From positions 1 to 30,074 of the forward strand of contig CAYXYS010000001.1 of assembly GCA_964469735.1 (NCBI GenBank): 30,074 nucleotides of DNA, in the 5' to 3' direction. Below the pieces are notes generated by a model. The model was not told the origin of the DNA. It ran no database searches and saw only the letters and a program-made list of their open reading frames with translations. The DNA comes from an uncultured Candidatus Saccharibacteria bacterium. Its GTDB lineage: Bacteria; Patescibacteriota; Minisyncoccia; Minisyncoccales; MHMH01. Shown here piece by piece: positions 9,531 through 17,450 of the stretch. The translations under genes and the position numbers were made by a program. Numbering within the stretch: position 1 is the first letter of the stretch; every line of letters begins with the position of its first letter.

Positions 9531-9552
9531 AAAAGCGCGCTAAAGCGCTTTT
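9531..9552. terminator. Hairpin at the convergent DUF763/elp3 junction
   Basis: AAAAGCGC-GCTAAA-GCGCTTTT, overlapping the elp3 stop codon. Confidence 0.45.
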
Positions 9553-11156
9553 ACCATATAAGTGTTTTTCAGCCTGTATCCCAGTTTGCGGTAATAGTTC
9601 CTCACTCCGATGCCGGAAATTACGGCAACTTTATTTACTCCAAATTCTTTTTTAGCCATTTTCTCCGCTTCTTTAACAAGTTTTTTCCCTAGTCCCTTAT
9701 GCTGCGGCGATAGAGAAGCTGGAGAGGTTAGACCTCTCCAAGGTTGGAGAGGTCTAACCTCTAATGATTGGCCGTAGGTATGAACTTCCCTAATAATGGC
9801 TGTTTGAGGCGAAGCTTTAAATCTCTTTGGAGTCTTCGGCTGACTCTGTGAGGCCTCTTTCATGATGCGGAAACGCAGAAGGGCGTATAATTTCGTTCGG
9901 TTTTTGTTTTCAAAACTCAAAAAGACTTCCTTGCCGCCGGAGGCTTTGTAATTTTGGCGGAATAATTTCAGTTTTTCTTTAGGATTGTAATTTCCTCTTA
10001 CCTCGCGGCAGCGAATACAGCGGCACCTCCATCCTTCTTTTTTGGAATTGGCGGCCAGCAGTTGGCGGAGATTGGAAATTTTTGCCGGTCCCTCAACAAT
10101 GCTGGTAGAAGGGATGTCCCTGGTAATCCTTTGGATTCTTACGTAAGGAGGAACCGACTTCTTTATAGATTTTACCAAGCCAACCAGTTGTTTTTTAGTG
10201 TAGGGTTTGTATTTTTTCTTTTTCCACCAATCGTAAAGCGGAGCCTCCTTTAAAAGAGCGCAAGGGTATATTTTCAGCATATCCGGCTGGAAACGAGAAT
10301 CAGAGAACAGTTCTCTGAATGTTTTTATGTCTCTTTTAATGTTGGAGCCGGGGAGATTGGGCATCATTTGATAGCAAACCTTAAACCCGGCATCCTTTAG
10401 GAGTTTGGTGGCTTTAATAGTTTCTTTTCTGCCATGGCCTCTTTTGGTAAGTTTTAAAACATCATTATAAAGGCTCTGGACTCCCAGTTCAACCATAGTC
10501 ACCCCCAGTCTCCTCAATTCCTTAATTTCTTTTTCGGTAATGAAGTCCGGCCTGGTTTCAACGGATAAGCCGATGATTCTATGCTTTGCTTTTTCATTTA
10601 AGGACTGAGTTTTACTGAGAGAGGCCGAACTTCTTCCATTACAGGCCTCAAAACATCTTTTAACGAACCAGTTTTTGTATTTTTGGGGATAAAAAGACCA
10701 GGTTCCCCCGATAATTCTCAGCTCTATTTTATCTGTCGGATGGCCGGTCATTTCCAGGGCCCTTAGCCGCATTTTAATCTGGCCGAAGGGGTCGTACTTA
10801 TTGAGAATAGCCCTCATTACCGCCGGCTCATTATTAAGATAACTCTTTGGAGCTCCTTTTTGGGAAGGGCAGTAAACGCATTTTCCTGGGCAGGGGTAGG
10901 GCTTGGTAAGGACGGAGACGTTTATTATTCCCGACAGGGAGCGAACAGGCCTGGTAACTAGCAGCTTTTCTACCGTCCTCGACGGCTTTATTCTTTTATT
11001 TTTGACTAATTTATGATAGATTCTTAATAAGTCTATATTATTAGGACAGGGAGCTTTGGATTTTTTGGCAATCCTTCTTTTTACGGAAGCCAAATCCCCC
11101 GCGGTTTCAGCCGAAGTTTTGATTAACTCTTTAATTGTAGATTCCAAAACATTCAT
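9540..11156 (-). CDS. elp3: Elp3 family tRNA uridine(34) acetyltransferase (radical SAM + KAT domains)
   Basis: VRSLSG, TKPYPCPGKCVYCP, PKSY, HPTDKIELRIIGGTW, SVETRPD, ELGVQS, LKIYP, PPYVRIQRITRDIP, CRCIRCREV, IREVHTYG, QHKGLG, SGIGVRNYYRKLGY. Confidence 0.95.
   Translation of the reverse strand: MNVLESTIKELIKTSAETAGDLASVKRRIAKKSKAPCPNNIDLLRIYHKLVKNKRIKPSRTVEKLLVTRPVRSLSGIINVSVLTKPYPCPGKCVYCPSQKGAPKSYLNNEPAVMRAILNKYDPFGQIKMRLRALEMTGHPTDKIELRIIGGTWSFYPQKYKNWFVKRCFEACNGRSSASLSKTQSLNEKAKHRIIGLSVETRPDFITEKEIKELRRLGVTMVELGVQSLYNDVLKLTKRGHGRKETIKATKLLKDAGFKVCYQMMPNLPGSNIKRDIKTFRELFSDSRFQPDMLKIYPCALLKEAPLYDWWKKKKYKPYTKKQLVGLVKSIKKSVPPYVRIQRITRDIPSTSIVEGPAKISNLRQLLAANSKKEGWRCRCIRCREVRGNYNPKEKLKLFRQNYKASGGKEVFLSFENKNRTKLYALLRFRIMKEASQSQPKTPKRFKASPQTAIIREVHTYGQSLEVRPLQPWRGLTSPASLSPQHKGLGKKLVKEAEKMAKKEFGVNKVAVISGIGVRNYYRKLGYRLKNTYMVKAL
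9721..9762. repeat. Nested palindromic (REP-like) element in-frame within elp3
   Basis: AGAGGTTAGACCTCTCCA (9723-9740) - AGGT - TGGAGAGGTCTAACCTCT (9745-9762) is a perfect 18-bp inverted repeat, and each arm is itself a hairpin. Confidence 0.85.
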
Positions 11157-11853
11157 GAGGGAAGATTACGCAAAAAAACTATTAAAGGAAACAACCGAGA
11201 ATTATAACCTGATTGCCAAGGACTTTTCAAGGACCAGGCGTTTTATTTGGGAAGATATTAAGCCCTTAGCTGATTTTACCGTAACTGGCGAAAGAATTTT
11301 AGACATCGGCTGCGGCAACGGCCGCCTGCTTCAAGTTTTCAGGGACATAGATGTTGACTATACCGGTGTTGATATTTCAGAAAAACTGATAGAAGAAGCG
11401 AAAATCCATTACCCTAATTCCAGGTTTTACGTTTACGACGCGCTGAGATTGCCTTTGCCGACGAATCACTTTGACAAGGCTTACGCTGTTGCCGTGCTCC
11501 ACCATATTCCTTCCCGCGAATTAAGACTTAGGTTTTTAAAAGAGGCCAAGAGAGTGCTGCGGCAGGAAGGCCTTTTGATCCTTACGGTTTGGAACCTTTG
11601 GAGCTGGAGGGGGATAGGGTTGATTTTGAAAAATATTTTTTTGAAGCTGATTGGCCGGTCTAGGCTCGATTTTAAGGATGTTATGATTCCCTGGGGCAAG
11701 ACTTGCAATAGATACATTCATATTTTTACCCAAAGAGAGCTGAAAGATTTAGTAGAAGAAGCCGGATTTAGGGTAAAAGAAATCGGCGTTTTGGGAGCCG
11801 GAAGGAGAAAAAATAGGAATTACTACGTAGTTGCCGAAGACCCTACGCCTTGA
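11155..11853 (+). CDS. Class I SAM methyltransferase, Trm9/ALKBH8-like (candidate tRNA cm5U34 methyltransferase)
   Basis: YNLIAKDFSRTRRFIW, ILDIGCGNGR, DALRLP, AVAVLHHIPSRELR, LILTVW, DVMIPW, RYIHIFTQREL. The ORF-track start at 11056 overlaps elp3, so ATG 11155 is preferred. Confidence 0.8.
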   Translation: MREDYAKKLLKETTENYNLIAKDFSRTRRFIWEDIKPLADFTVTGERILDIGCGNGRLLQVFRDIDVDYTGVDISEKLIEEAKIHYPNSRFYVYDALRLPLPTNHFDKAYAVAVLHHIPSRELRLRFLKEAKRVLRQEGLLILTVWNLWSWRGIGLILKNIFLKLIGRSRLDFKDVMIPWGKTCNRYIHIFTQRELKDLVEEAGFRVKEIGVLGAGRRKNRNYYVVAEDPTP

Positions 11854-11878
11854 CAATACGTTAAAATTAAGCTATACT
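11850..11878 (+). promoter_or_regulatory. Near-consensus sigma70 promoter
   Basis: TTGACA(11850-11855)-N17-TATACT(11873-11878). Confidence 0.75.
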
Positions 11879-11905
11879 ATCTCAGTACATTGAAGGAGGA
11901 GTAGA

Positions 11906-12157
11906 TTGACTGAATCGCAGATATGGGCAGAAAACGTTGTCCGAAAAGATGGAGTGGCAATTAGGGCTGAAATGACCAACGGCAACGCTATAATCGCCTT
12001 TGAAAAAAGAAGCGGCAAAGTTAAAGAAGTGGACAGATTCCCTTTTTCGGGACGGAGAATTTCCTGCCGAGACGATCTCTGGATGCCCAGAAGCCATTAC
12101 AGCCAGGCTGTAAAAATGGCCAGAGGAATTCTCAACGAGAAAAGAAAAAAGCCCTAG
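11906..12157 (+). CDS. Hypothetical protein (83 aa)
   Basis: TTG start with AAGGAGGAG SD, its own promoter and a downstream terminator. Confidence 0.75.
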   Translation: MTESQIWAENVVRKDGVAIRAEMTNGNAIIAFEKRSGKVKEVDRFPFSGRRISCRDDLWMPRSHYSQAVKMARGILNEKRKKP

Positions 12158-12179
12158 GAGCAATCCCCCGGGCTTTTTT
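12145..12179. terminator. Bidirectional intrinsic terminator
   Basis: AAAAAAGCCC...GGGCTTTTTT between two convergent ORFs. Confidence 0.7.
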
Positions 12180-12181
12180 AT

Positions 12182-12520
12182 TTAGAAAACAATCAAAGCG
12201 ATAGCAAACGGCACTAGGAGGTGGAAAATCTGGTCGAACCCGAATGCTATCACGCTGTGGTTTTCATCGGCGAAGAAGCTCGCCGAGAACAGAGCGAATT
12301 TTCTGACAGGCCTGTCGATTATGATGTGGGAAACGAAGATAATCGCCAGCCACCACAGATCGACCTCGAACCAGATGAATAAGGGGATGAAGAATAGGGT
12401 GTACAGAAAGCAGTGTAGGAAGATAAGACGCCCCTTTTTCCATTTATGGCTCAGAAAATCGGCGATACAGTGCGTAGGTACGCAGCAGTATAAAAATACA
12501 GCCATCTTACACCAATCCAT
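12182..12520 (-). CDS. DUF3307-like membrane protein
   Basis: H-x-IADF, HCFLY, SHIIID and DQIFH pattern; hydrophobic; AAGGAG SD. Confidence 0.7.
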   Translation of the reverse strand: MDWCKMAVFLYCCVPTHCIADFLSHKWKKGRLIFLHCFLYTLFFIPLFIWFEVDLWWLAIIFVSHIIIDRPVRKFALFSASFFADENHSVIAFGFDQIFHLLVPFAIALIVF

Positions 12521-12566
12521 CGGACACTCCTTTCAAAAACAAGATTTTTAATATACAATATAATAG

Positions 12567-12595
12567 ATTATAGGCCGAAAAAGATCTCTGGTCAA
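12567..12595 (-). promoter_or_regulatory. sigma70 promoter for the DUF3307-like gene
   Basis: Minus strand reads TTGACC-N17-TATAAT. Confidence 0.7.
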
Positions 12596-12599
12596 TCCC

Positions 12600-12672
12600 G
12601 TCCTCATAGCTTAATTGGATAAAGCGCGACCCTCCGGAGGTTGAAATCTAGGTTCGAGTCCTAGTGAGGGCA
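12600..12672 (+). tRNA. tRNA-Arg(CCG), CCA not encoded
   Basis: Acceptor GTCCTCA/TGAGGGC, D-arm AGCTTAATTGGATAAAGC, anticodon arm CGACC-CTCCGGA-GGTTG, T-arm CTAGG-TTCGAGT-CCTAG. Confidence 0.95.
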
Positions 12673-12726
12673 CACTTAAAACGTGTTTTTAGCCATCTTA
12701 TTTGCTATAATAACTATATAAAGCAT

Positions 12727-13275
12727 ATGAAGTTTAAAATAGCCGTCAGCGGAGCCGCTGAGGTGGGGCATTGCGCCAAGAATATCAAAGAGCTCTCCCA
12801 AGAGGTGGGCAAGGAGATAGTTAAGCAAGGCGCCGTTCTGGTTACCGGGGCTACTACCGGCTGTCCGTATTATGCTGCCCAAGGGGCAAACAAGGCGGGG
12901 GGAATAAGCATTGGCTTCTCTCCGGCTGCTTCTGCGTTAGAACATAAGAAGGTCTATAAACTGCCCGATGACGAGTTTGATGTGATGGTTTACACCGGTT
13001 TTGATTATTCTGGCAGAAATCTTTTAATGACCAGAGCCGCTGACGGGGTAATTATTGTTTGCGGTCGGATGGGCACTCTAAATGAATTTACCATCGCTTA
13101 CGAGGACAAGACCCCCATTGGAGTGCTTTTGGGTTCGGGAGGAACAGCAGATCTTATTCAAGGACTGACCAGCCGTCCTCATAAGAAAAGGGGCATGATA
13201 GTTTATGACGCCGATCCCAAAAAATTGGTAAAAAAATTAATTAAGGAAATTAAAAAAGAAAAAGGCTATAAGTAA
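12727..13275 (+). CDS. LOG/SLOG superfamily (TIGR00725-like) protein
   Basis: IAVSGAA, VTGATTGCP, GGISIGFSP, GRNLLM, GRMGTLNEF. Start set at ATG 12727 because the longer ORF-track start overlaps the tRNA. Confidence 0.85.
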   Translation: MKFKIAVSGAAEVGHCAKNIKELSQEVGKEIVKQGAVLVTGATTGCPYYAAQGANKAGGISIGFSPAASALEHKKVYKLPDDEFDVMVYTGFDYSGRNLLMTRAADGVIIVCGRMGTLNEFTIAYEDKTPIGVLLGSGGTADLIQGLTSRPHKKRGMIVYDADPKKLVKKLIKEIKKEKGYK

Positions 13276-13371
13276 ACATTTTTAAATATGAAAAAATATT
13301 TTAATAACTATAATTTCATCTCTTTGGGTTTATGAAAAAAAAGCATTTAAAAGGTCGAGTTATTATAATAA

Positions 13372-13638
13372 ATGGATAAAATTATGGCAGACGAAGAAAA
13401 ACAAATAGGAGAAGTCAGCCATTACTTTGGCAATATTGGAGTAGCAGTCATCAATCTTACCGATTCGCTAAAGGAGGGGGATGAAGTCAGGATTGTCGGG
13501 GGAGATACTGATTTTACCCAAACGGTTAGTTCGATGGAAGTTGAACGAGAGAAAATCCAGGAAGCCAATAAGGGAGACAGCGTTGGATTGAAAGTTGGAC
13601 AGAAAGTACGACCCGGATACAAGGTTTATAAGATATAG
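13372..13638 (+). CDS. Small translation elongation factor-like beta-barrel protein (alternative start 13384)
   Basis: IGEVSHYFGNIGVAVI, LKEGDEVRIVG, TDFTQTVSSME, GDSVGLKV, VRPGYKVY. Confidence 0.75.
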   Translation: MDKIMADEEKQIGEVSHYFGNIGVAVINLTDSLKEGDEVRIVGGDTDFTQTVSSMEVEREKIQEANKGDSVGLKVGQKVRPGYKVYKI

Positions 13639-13700
13639 TACATATTTATCAATCGCCCCGAGCGGCCATCTCAGATGGCGTGCTTAATTGAATTTGAATA

Positions 13701-14258
13701 ATGAGCCAATATTATCCTCGCCAAAAAGAGCTGAATGAAATTAAAGGGCATTTTAAACCCCGGGGCCCGAAATCAAAAAAGATAGAGCAGGAATACGGGC
13801 CGGGAAAGACCGACGTTTTAGTCTGCAGGAAATGCAAAGCTTTTTATTGGTATAAATCCTGGCATCACAATTTATCCGATTACCCGGAATTAAATCAAAA
13901 AAAGAGAATAAAATTTACTATTTGTCCGGCCTGCCAGATGATAAAGAGCAATAAATACGAAGGAGAAATCCGCATTTATGGAGCGCCGACGGAAATAAAA
14001 AAAGGCATAAGGGATTTGGCGAGAAATTACGGGCAAAGAGCTTTTCGGAACGACCCTATGGACAGGGTGATTTCCATAGAGGACGCTGCTCTCCGGGGCC
14101 AAGGGAAAATTATGAGGATAAGGACAACGGAAAACCAACTTGCCCAGAGACTGGCCAAGAAAATCAGCGAAGTTTACAGGGGAAAGTTTGAGCTTTCCAT
14201 TAGCCATTCAAAGGAAGAGGATACGGTCAGGGCCACGTTAACTTTTAAAAAAAAATGA
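13701..14258 (+). CDS. NMD3-like/BCAM0308-like zinc-ribbon protein
   Basis: CxxC (CRKC) ... CPAC, YEGEI, DPMDRVISIE, TTENQLAQRLAKKI. Confidence 0.6.
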   Translation: MSQYYPRQKELNEIKGHFKPRGPKSKKIEQEYGPGKTDVLVCRKCKAFYWYKSWHHNLSDYPELNQKKRIKFTICPACQMIKSNKYEGEIRIYGAPTEIKKGIRDLARNYGQRAFRNDPMDRVISIEDAALRGQGKIMRIRTTENQLAQRLAKKISEVYRGKFELSISHSKEEDTVRATLTFKKK

Positions 14259-14554
14259 TTTCAATTTTTATTGCTGCCGTGGGTGGCGGAGTTTTAAGGG
14301 GACTGGTGGGATTTATTAAGCACCAGTTTTCATACAAAGACGTGGGTTTCAAACTCACTTATTTTTTAGCGATGATGTTTTTGTCCGGGGTGGTGGGCCT
14401 TCTGGCGGCTTTTGCCGTCAAAGAAACCGGGTTTACCCTTTTGGGTTCTTTTACGCCGGCCTTGGCTTTTATTATCGGCTATGCCGGAGGAGATTTTATT
14501 GAAAATATTTACAAAATAATCATTAAAAAGTCTTCATTCTATGAGTCTCTTTAG
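14255..14554 (+). CDS. Small membrane protein (about 3 TM)
   Basis: Hydrophobic Gly-rich helices; ATGA-type overlap with the upstream gene. Confidence 0.75.
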   Translation: MISIFIAAVGGGVLRGLVGFIKHQFSYKDVGFKLTYFLAMMFLSGVVGLLAAFAVKETGFTLLGSFTPALAFIIGYAGGDFIENIYKIIIKKSSFYESL

Positions 14555-14876
14555 GCAAATTTCAGGATGGGCCCTTCTCGTAGGAGGAGTGTTGGTTATA
14601 GTTTACGGACTTTACACTTCCTTCAATATCTTTACCGGCGAGACCGAAGCTCCGGAACTGTTCTCATCGGAAAAGGGAAGCGTTATTTCTTCTCAAGGGG
14701 TGGAGGGCATTGAAGGTCAGCTGCAGCAGATGATCCAGGAGCAGCTGGAGGGCTTTCTTCCGTCGGCTTCCATTTTCGGTTTGCTTAATTTAGTGGCTTG
14801 GTCTATTTTCGCCGGAATCCTTATTTTCGGCGGAGCTCAGATTTCAAGCTTGGGGATAAAATTAATTAAAAATTAA
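14541..14876 (+). CDS. Hypothetical 2-TM membrane protein
   Basis: Two hydrophobic segments flanking a polar loop; packed in an operon. Confidence 0.75.
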   Translation: MSLFRQISGWALLVGGVLVIVYGLYTSFNIFTGETEAPELFSSEKGSVISSQGVEGIEGQLQQMIQEQLEGFLPSASIFGLLNLVAWSIFAGILIFGGAQISSLGIKLIKN

Positions 14877-14880
14877 AAAT

Positions 14881-15312
14881 ATGGCTAAAAAGCATTCTTT
14901 AGTCAGGACGATTTATCTTTATCTTTTTACTATCGTGGGCCTTTCTTTGGTGGTTATAGGCACGGTGAGGTTTTTAGATATGGGGCTGAAGGCGTTTGTT
15001 TTTACCGGAGCTGAAGAACCCGAAAGAATCCAGCAGAAATACTACCAGGGATATTTGCCTTCCGCTGTTGAAAAGATAGCCACCCCGGAAGAAGTAGATG
15101 AGGTAGAGGGCCTAACCGACGCCGAAAAGGAATCTCTCAAAGATTTTATTAGAAGCTACGAGGCATGGCAGGAAGATAGAGGAAAAATAGATTACGTGTC
15201 TTCCAGAAGGCAGCAGGACGCTTCTGTAAATCTCTCAATGATTTTAGTAGGGTTGCCTTTATATCTTTACCACTGGAGGATAATAAGAAGGGAAACTAAA
15301 GACAACGGATAA
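14881..15312 (+). CDS. Membrane protein, DUF5671-like
   Basis: RTIYLYLFTIVGL at the N-terminus and GLPLYLYHW at the C-terminus. Confidence 0.6.
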   Translation: MAKKHSLVRTIYLYLFTIVGLSLVVIGTVRFLDMGLKAFVFTGAEEPERIQQKYYQGYLPSAVEKIATPEEVDEVEGLTDAEKESLKDFIRSYEAWQEDRGKIDYVSSRRQQDASVNLSMILVGLPLYLYHWRIIRRETKDNG

Positions 15313-15317
15313 TCGTT

Positions 15318-16313
15318 ATGGAGCTTATTTTTTGGATAGCAGTCTTTATAGTGGCTTTGGCTTTCTTGGTAAAGGGAGCGGATTGGTTCGTTGAAAGCTC
15401 TGAAGTTTTCGGATTGGTAATGGGCCTTTCTCCTTTTATAGTCGGAGTCACGATAGTGGCGATAGGCACGTCTTTTCCCGAGCTTTTGACTTCCATTTTC
15501 GCCATTCTCAACAATGCTTCAGAGATAGTCGTAGCAAACGCGGTCGGTTCCAATATTTCGAACATTCTTCTTATTCTCGGGATTTCCGCTCTGGTCGCCG
15601 GCCGGCTGATGATAACCAGAAGCCTTATCGACATTGACCTGCCTATTTTTTTCGTAGTTTCGATATTATTTTTGGGAGTGACTATAGACGGATTGGTAAC
15701 GTGGCAGGAAGCAATAATTCTTTTATTGGCTTTTTCCGTATATTTTATTTACTCCATCACTCAGCGGCAGGGGAAAGAAGAATCAAAAGAAGTTTCCATA
15801 CTGCCGACAAGAGATATGCGCCGCCACCAGATGAAAGAAATGAAAGATTTAAAGGAAAAGCCTCGGATCAACTGGAAAGTTTTCTTTTTTTTCATCCTGG
15901 GTATTGTTGGATTGTATATTGGTTCCAAATACGTTATTGAATCTACTCTCAAGATTTCAGAGATGGCCAATATTGCTCCGGCGATAGTGGCAATAACCGC
16001 CATAGCTATAGGCACCTCCCTTCCCGAGCTGATAGTTTCCGTTCAGGCGGCGAGAAAAGGAAAGCACGAAATCGCCATTGGAAACGTTTTCGGCTCTAAT
16101 ATTTTCAACATGCTGCTGGTGGTGGGAGTTCCCGCCCTGATAACCGACCTAACCGTGGAGTACAACACTTTAACTTTGGGAATTCCCGTTTTGATTTTCA
16201 CAAGCATGTTCTTTGTGATTTCCGGAATATCCCAAAGAATTCACAAATGGGAGGGAGCGATGTATTTGGTGGCTTACGCATTCTTCATCGGAAAACTATT
16301 TAAGATATTTTAA
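15318..16313 (+). CDS. Calcium/sodium antiporter (CaCA, YrbG-like)
   Basis: Two alpha repeats: GTSFPEL...GSNISN and GTSLPEL...GSNIFN. Confidence 0.93.
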   Translation: MELIFWIAVFIVALAFLVKGADWFVESSEVFGLVMGLSPFIVGVTIVAIGTSFPELLTSIFAILNNASEIVVANAVGSNISNILLILGISALVAGRLMITRSLIDIDLPIFFVVSILFLGVTIDGLVTWQEAIILLLAFSVYFIYSITQRQGKEESKEVSILPTRDMRRHQMKEMKDLKEKPRINWKVFFFFILGIVGLYIGSKYVIESTLKISEMANIAPAIVAITAIAIGTSLPELIVSVQAARKGKHEIAIGNVFGSNIFNMLLVVGVPALITDLTVEYNTLTLGIPVLIFTSMFFVISGISQRIHKWEGAMYLVAYAFFIGKLFKIF

Positions 16314-16314
16314 G

Positions 16315-17442
16315 ATGTTTAATTTTCTAAAAGGACTCTCCGTTTTTTCAGGAACGATTATAGGGGTAGGGATTTTCGGTCTTCCTTACGTAGCCTCAAA
16401 GGCGGGGTTCTCAGTGGTTTTGGCTTATTTCTTATTTTTGACCGTTATAGCTGTGGTTATTCATTTGATGTATGCCGAGGTTTCTTTGGGCATGGGGAAA
16501 ATTCACCAGTTTCCCGGAGCTGTGGGAATGCATTTAGGCCCCCGTTGGAAAAAGTTTACTTTTATTACAACCAGTCTGGGGTTGATAGGGGCTCTTTTGG
16601 CTTATTTAATAGTAGGCGGTAATTTTCTTTATTCTTTTTTTTCTCCGTCCTTTGGCGGAGGAGTTTTGCTTTATACTCTTTTGTTTTTTGCCGCCGGGGC
16701 CTTTTTTATTTTCAGGGGCGTTAAAAGCATTTCCCTCATAGAGCTGCTTCTCCTTTTGGTTTTCTTTGTAATTTTGGCGGCGTTTTTCATAAAATCAATG
16801 CCCCATATCGACGTTAACTATCTGAAGGGCATGGATTTGAGTTTTTTCGTTCTTCCTTATGGAGTAATACTTTTTGCTTTGTGGGGAAGCAATATTATTC
16901 CGGAGGTAAAAGATATTGTTAGGGGCAGCAGGAAAATGCTGCGGCGAGTGGTAATTTCGGGAACCTTGCTGGCTTCCGTTACTTATTTGTTTTTTATTTA
17001 CGTTATCTTGGGGGTTTCGGGGCCCGACACCTCAAAGGAAGCCATCTCCGGGCTGGTTCAGGCTTTGGATAATGGAATAGTCAGATTCGGTTTTATCTTC
17101 GGAGTGATAACCTGCTTTACTTCTTTTATAACGCTGGGGCTGTCGCTAAAAAACATTTTGTATCGCGATTTCGGAGTAAACAGGAAGCTTTCCTGGCTGA
17201 TAACCTGTTCTTTGCCCCTTTTACTTTTCTTTGCCGGAGCCAGGGAATTCATTGAAGTCATCGGTCTGACGGGAGCCGTGGCCGTGGGCATAATGGGAAT
17301 AATAATAGTCTTTCTTTATAAAGAGTTTATAGCCAGGAAATTCAGCCGCAAAATCAGCCGGTTTGCCTATATTCTGCCTGCCGTTTTCGTTTTGGGCGTG
17401 GTCCTCGAAATATTCTCTTTTTTCGCTAAAAATATTTCCTAA
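16315..17442 (+). CDS. Aromatic amino acid permease family (HAAAP, TyrP/Mtr-like)
   Basis: GTIIGVGIFGLPY, GALLAYL, PYGVILFALWG, TSFITLG; about 11 TM segments. Confidence 0.85.
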   Translation: MFNFLKGLSVFSGTIIGVGIFGLPYVASKAGFSVVLAYFLFLTVIAVVIHLMYAEVSLGMGKIHQFPGAVGMHLGPRWKKFTFITTSLGLIGALLAYLIVGGNFLYSFFSPSFGGGVLLYTLLFFAAGAFFIFRGVKSISLIELLLLLVFFVILAAFFIKSMPHIDVNYLKGMDLSFFVLPYGVILFALWGSNIIPEVKDIVRGSRKMLRRVVISGTLLASVTYLFFIYVILGVSGPDTSKEAISGLVQALDNGIVRFGFIFGVITCFTSFITLGLSLKNILYRDFGVNRKLSWLITCSLPLLLFFAGAREFIEVIGLTGAVAVGIMGIIIVFLYKEFIARKFSRKISRFAYILPAVFVLGVVLEIFSFFAKNIS

Positions 17443-17450
17443 TTCTGATT

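Noticed and set aside
9800-9860. Possible second insertion in elp3 (EASQSQPKTPKRFKASPQ) with a GAGTC/GACTC hairpin
   Set aside because: The stem is only 5 bp and this loop is probably variable in Elp3 anyway; it cannot be called without an alignment.
11056-11154. N-terminal extension of the methyltransferase in the ORF track
   Set aside because: It would overlap elp3 by about 100 bp; family-like sequence begins at MREDYAKK (11155).
12600-12672. tRNA-Arg as a prophage or island integration site
   Set aside because: No integrase and no duplicated tRNA 3' end were seen in the window.
12664-12726. N-terminal extension of the LOG-family ORF
   Set aside because: It overlaps the tRNA 3' end and a TGcTATAAT promoter-like motif; ATG 12727 fits better.
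13288-13335. 15-codon ORF MKKYFNNYNFISLGL in AT-rich intergenic DNA
   Set aside because: No SD or motif, and this length is expected by chance.
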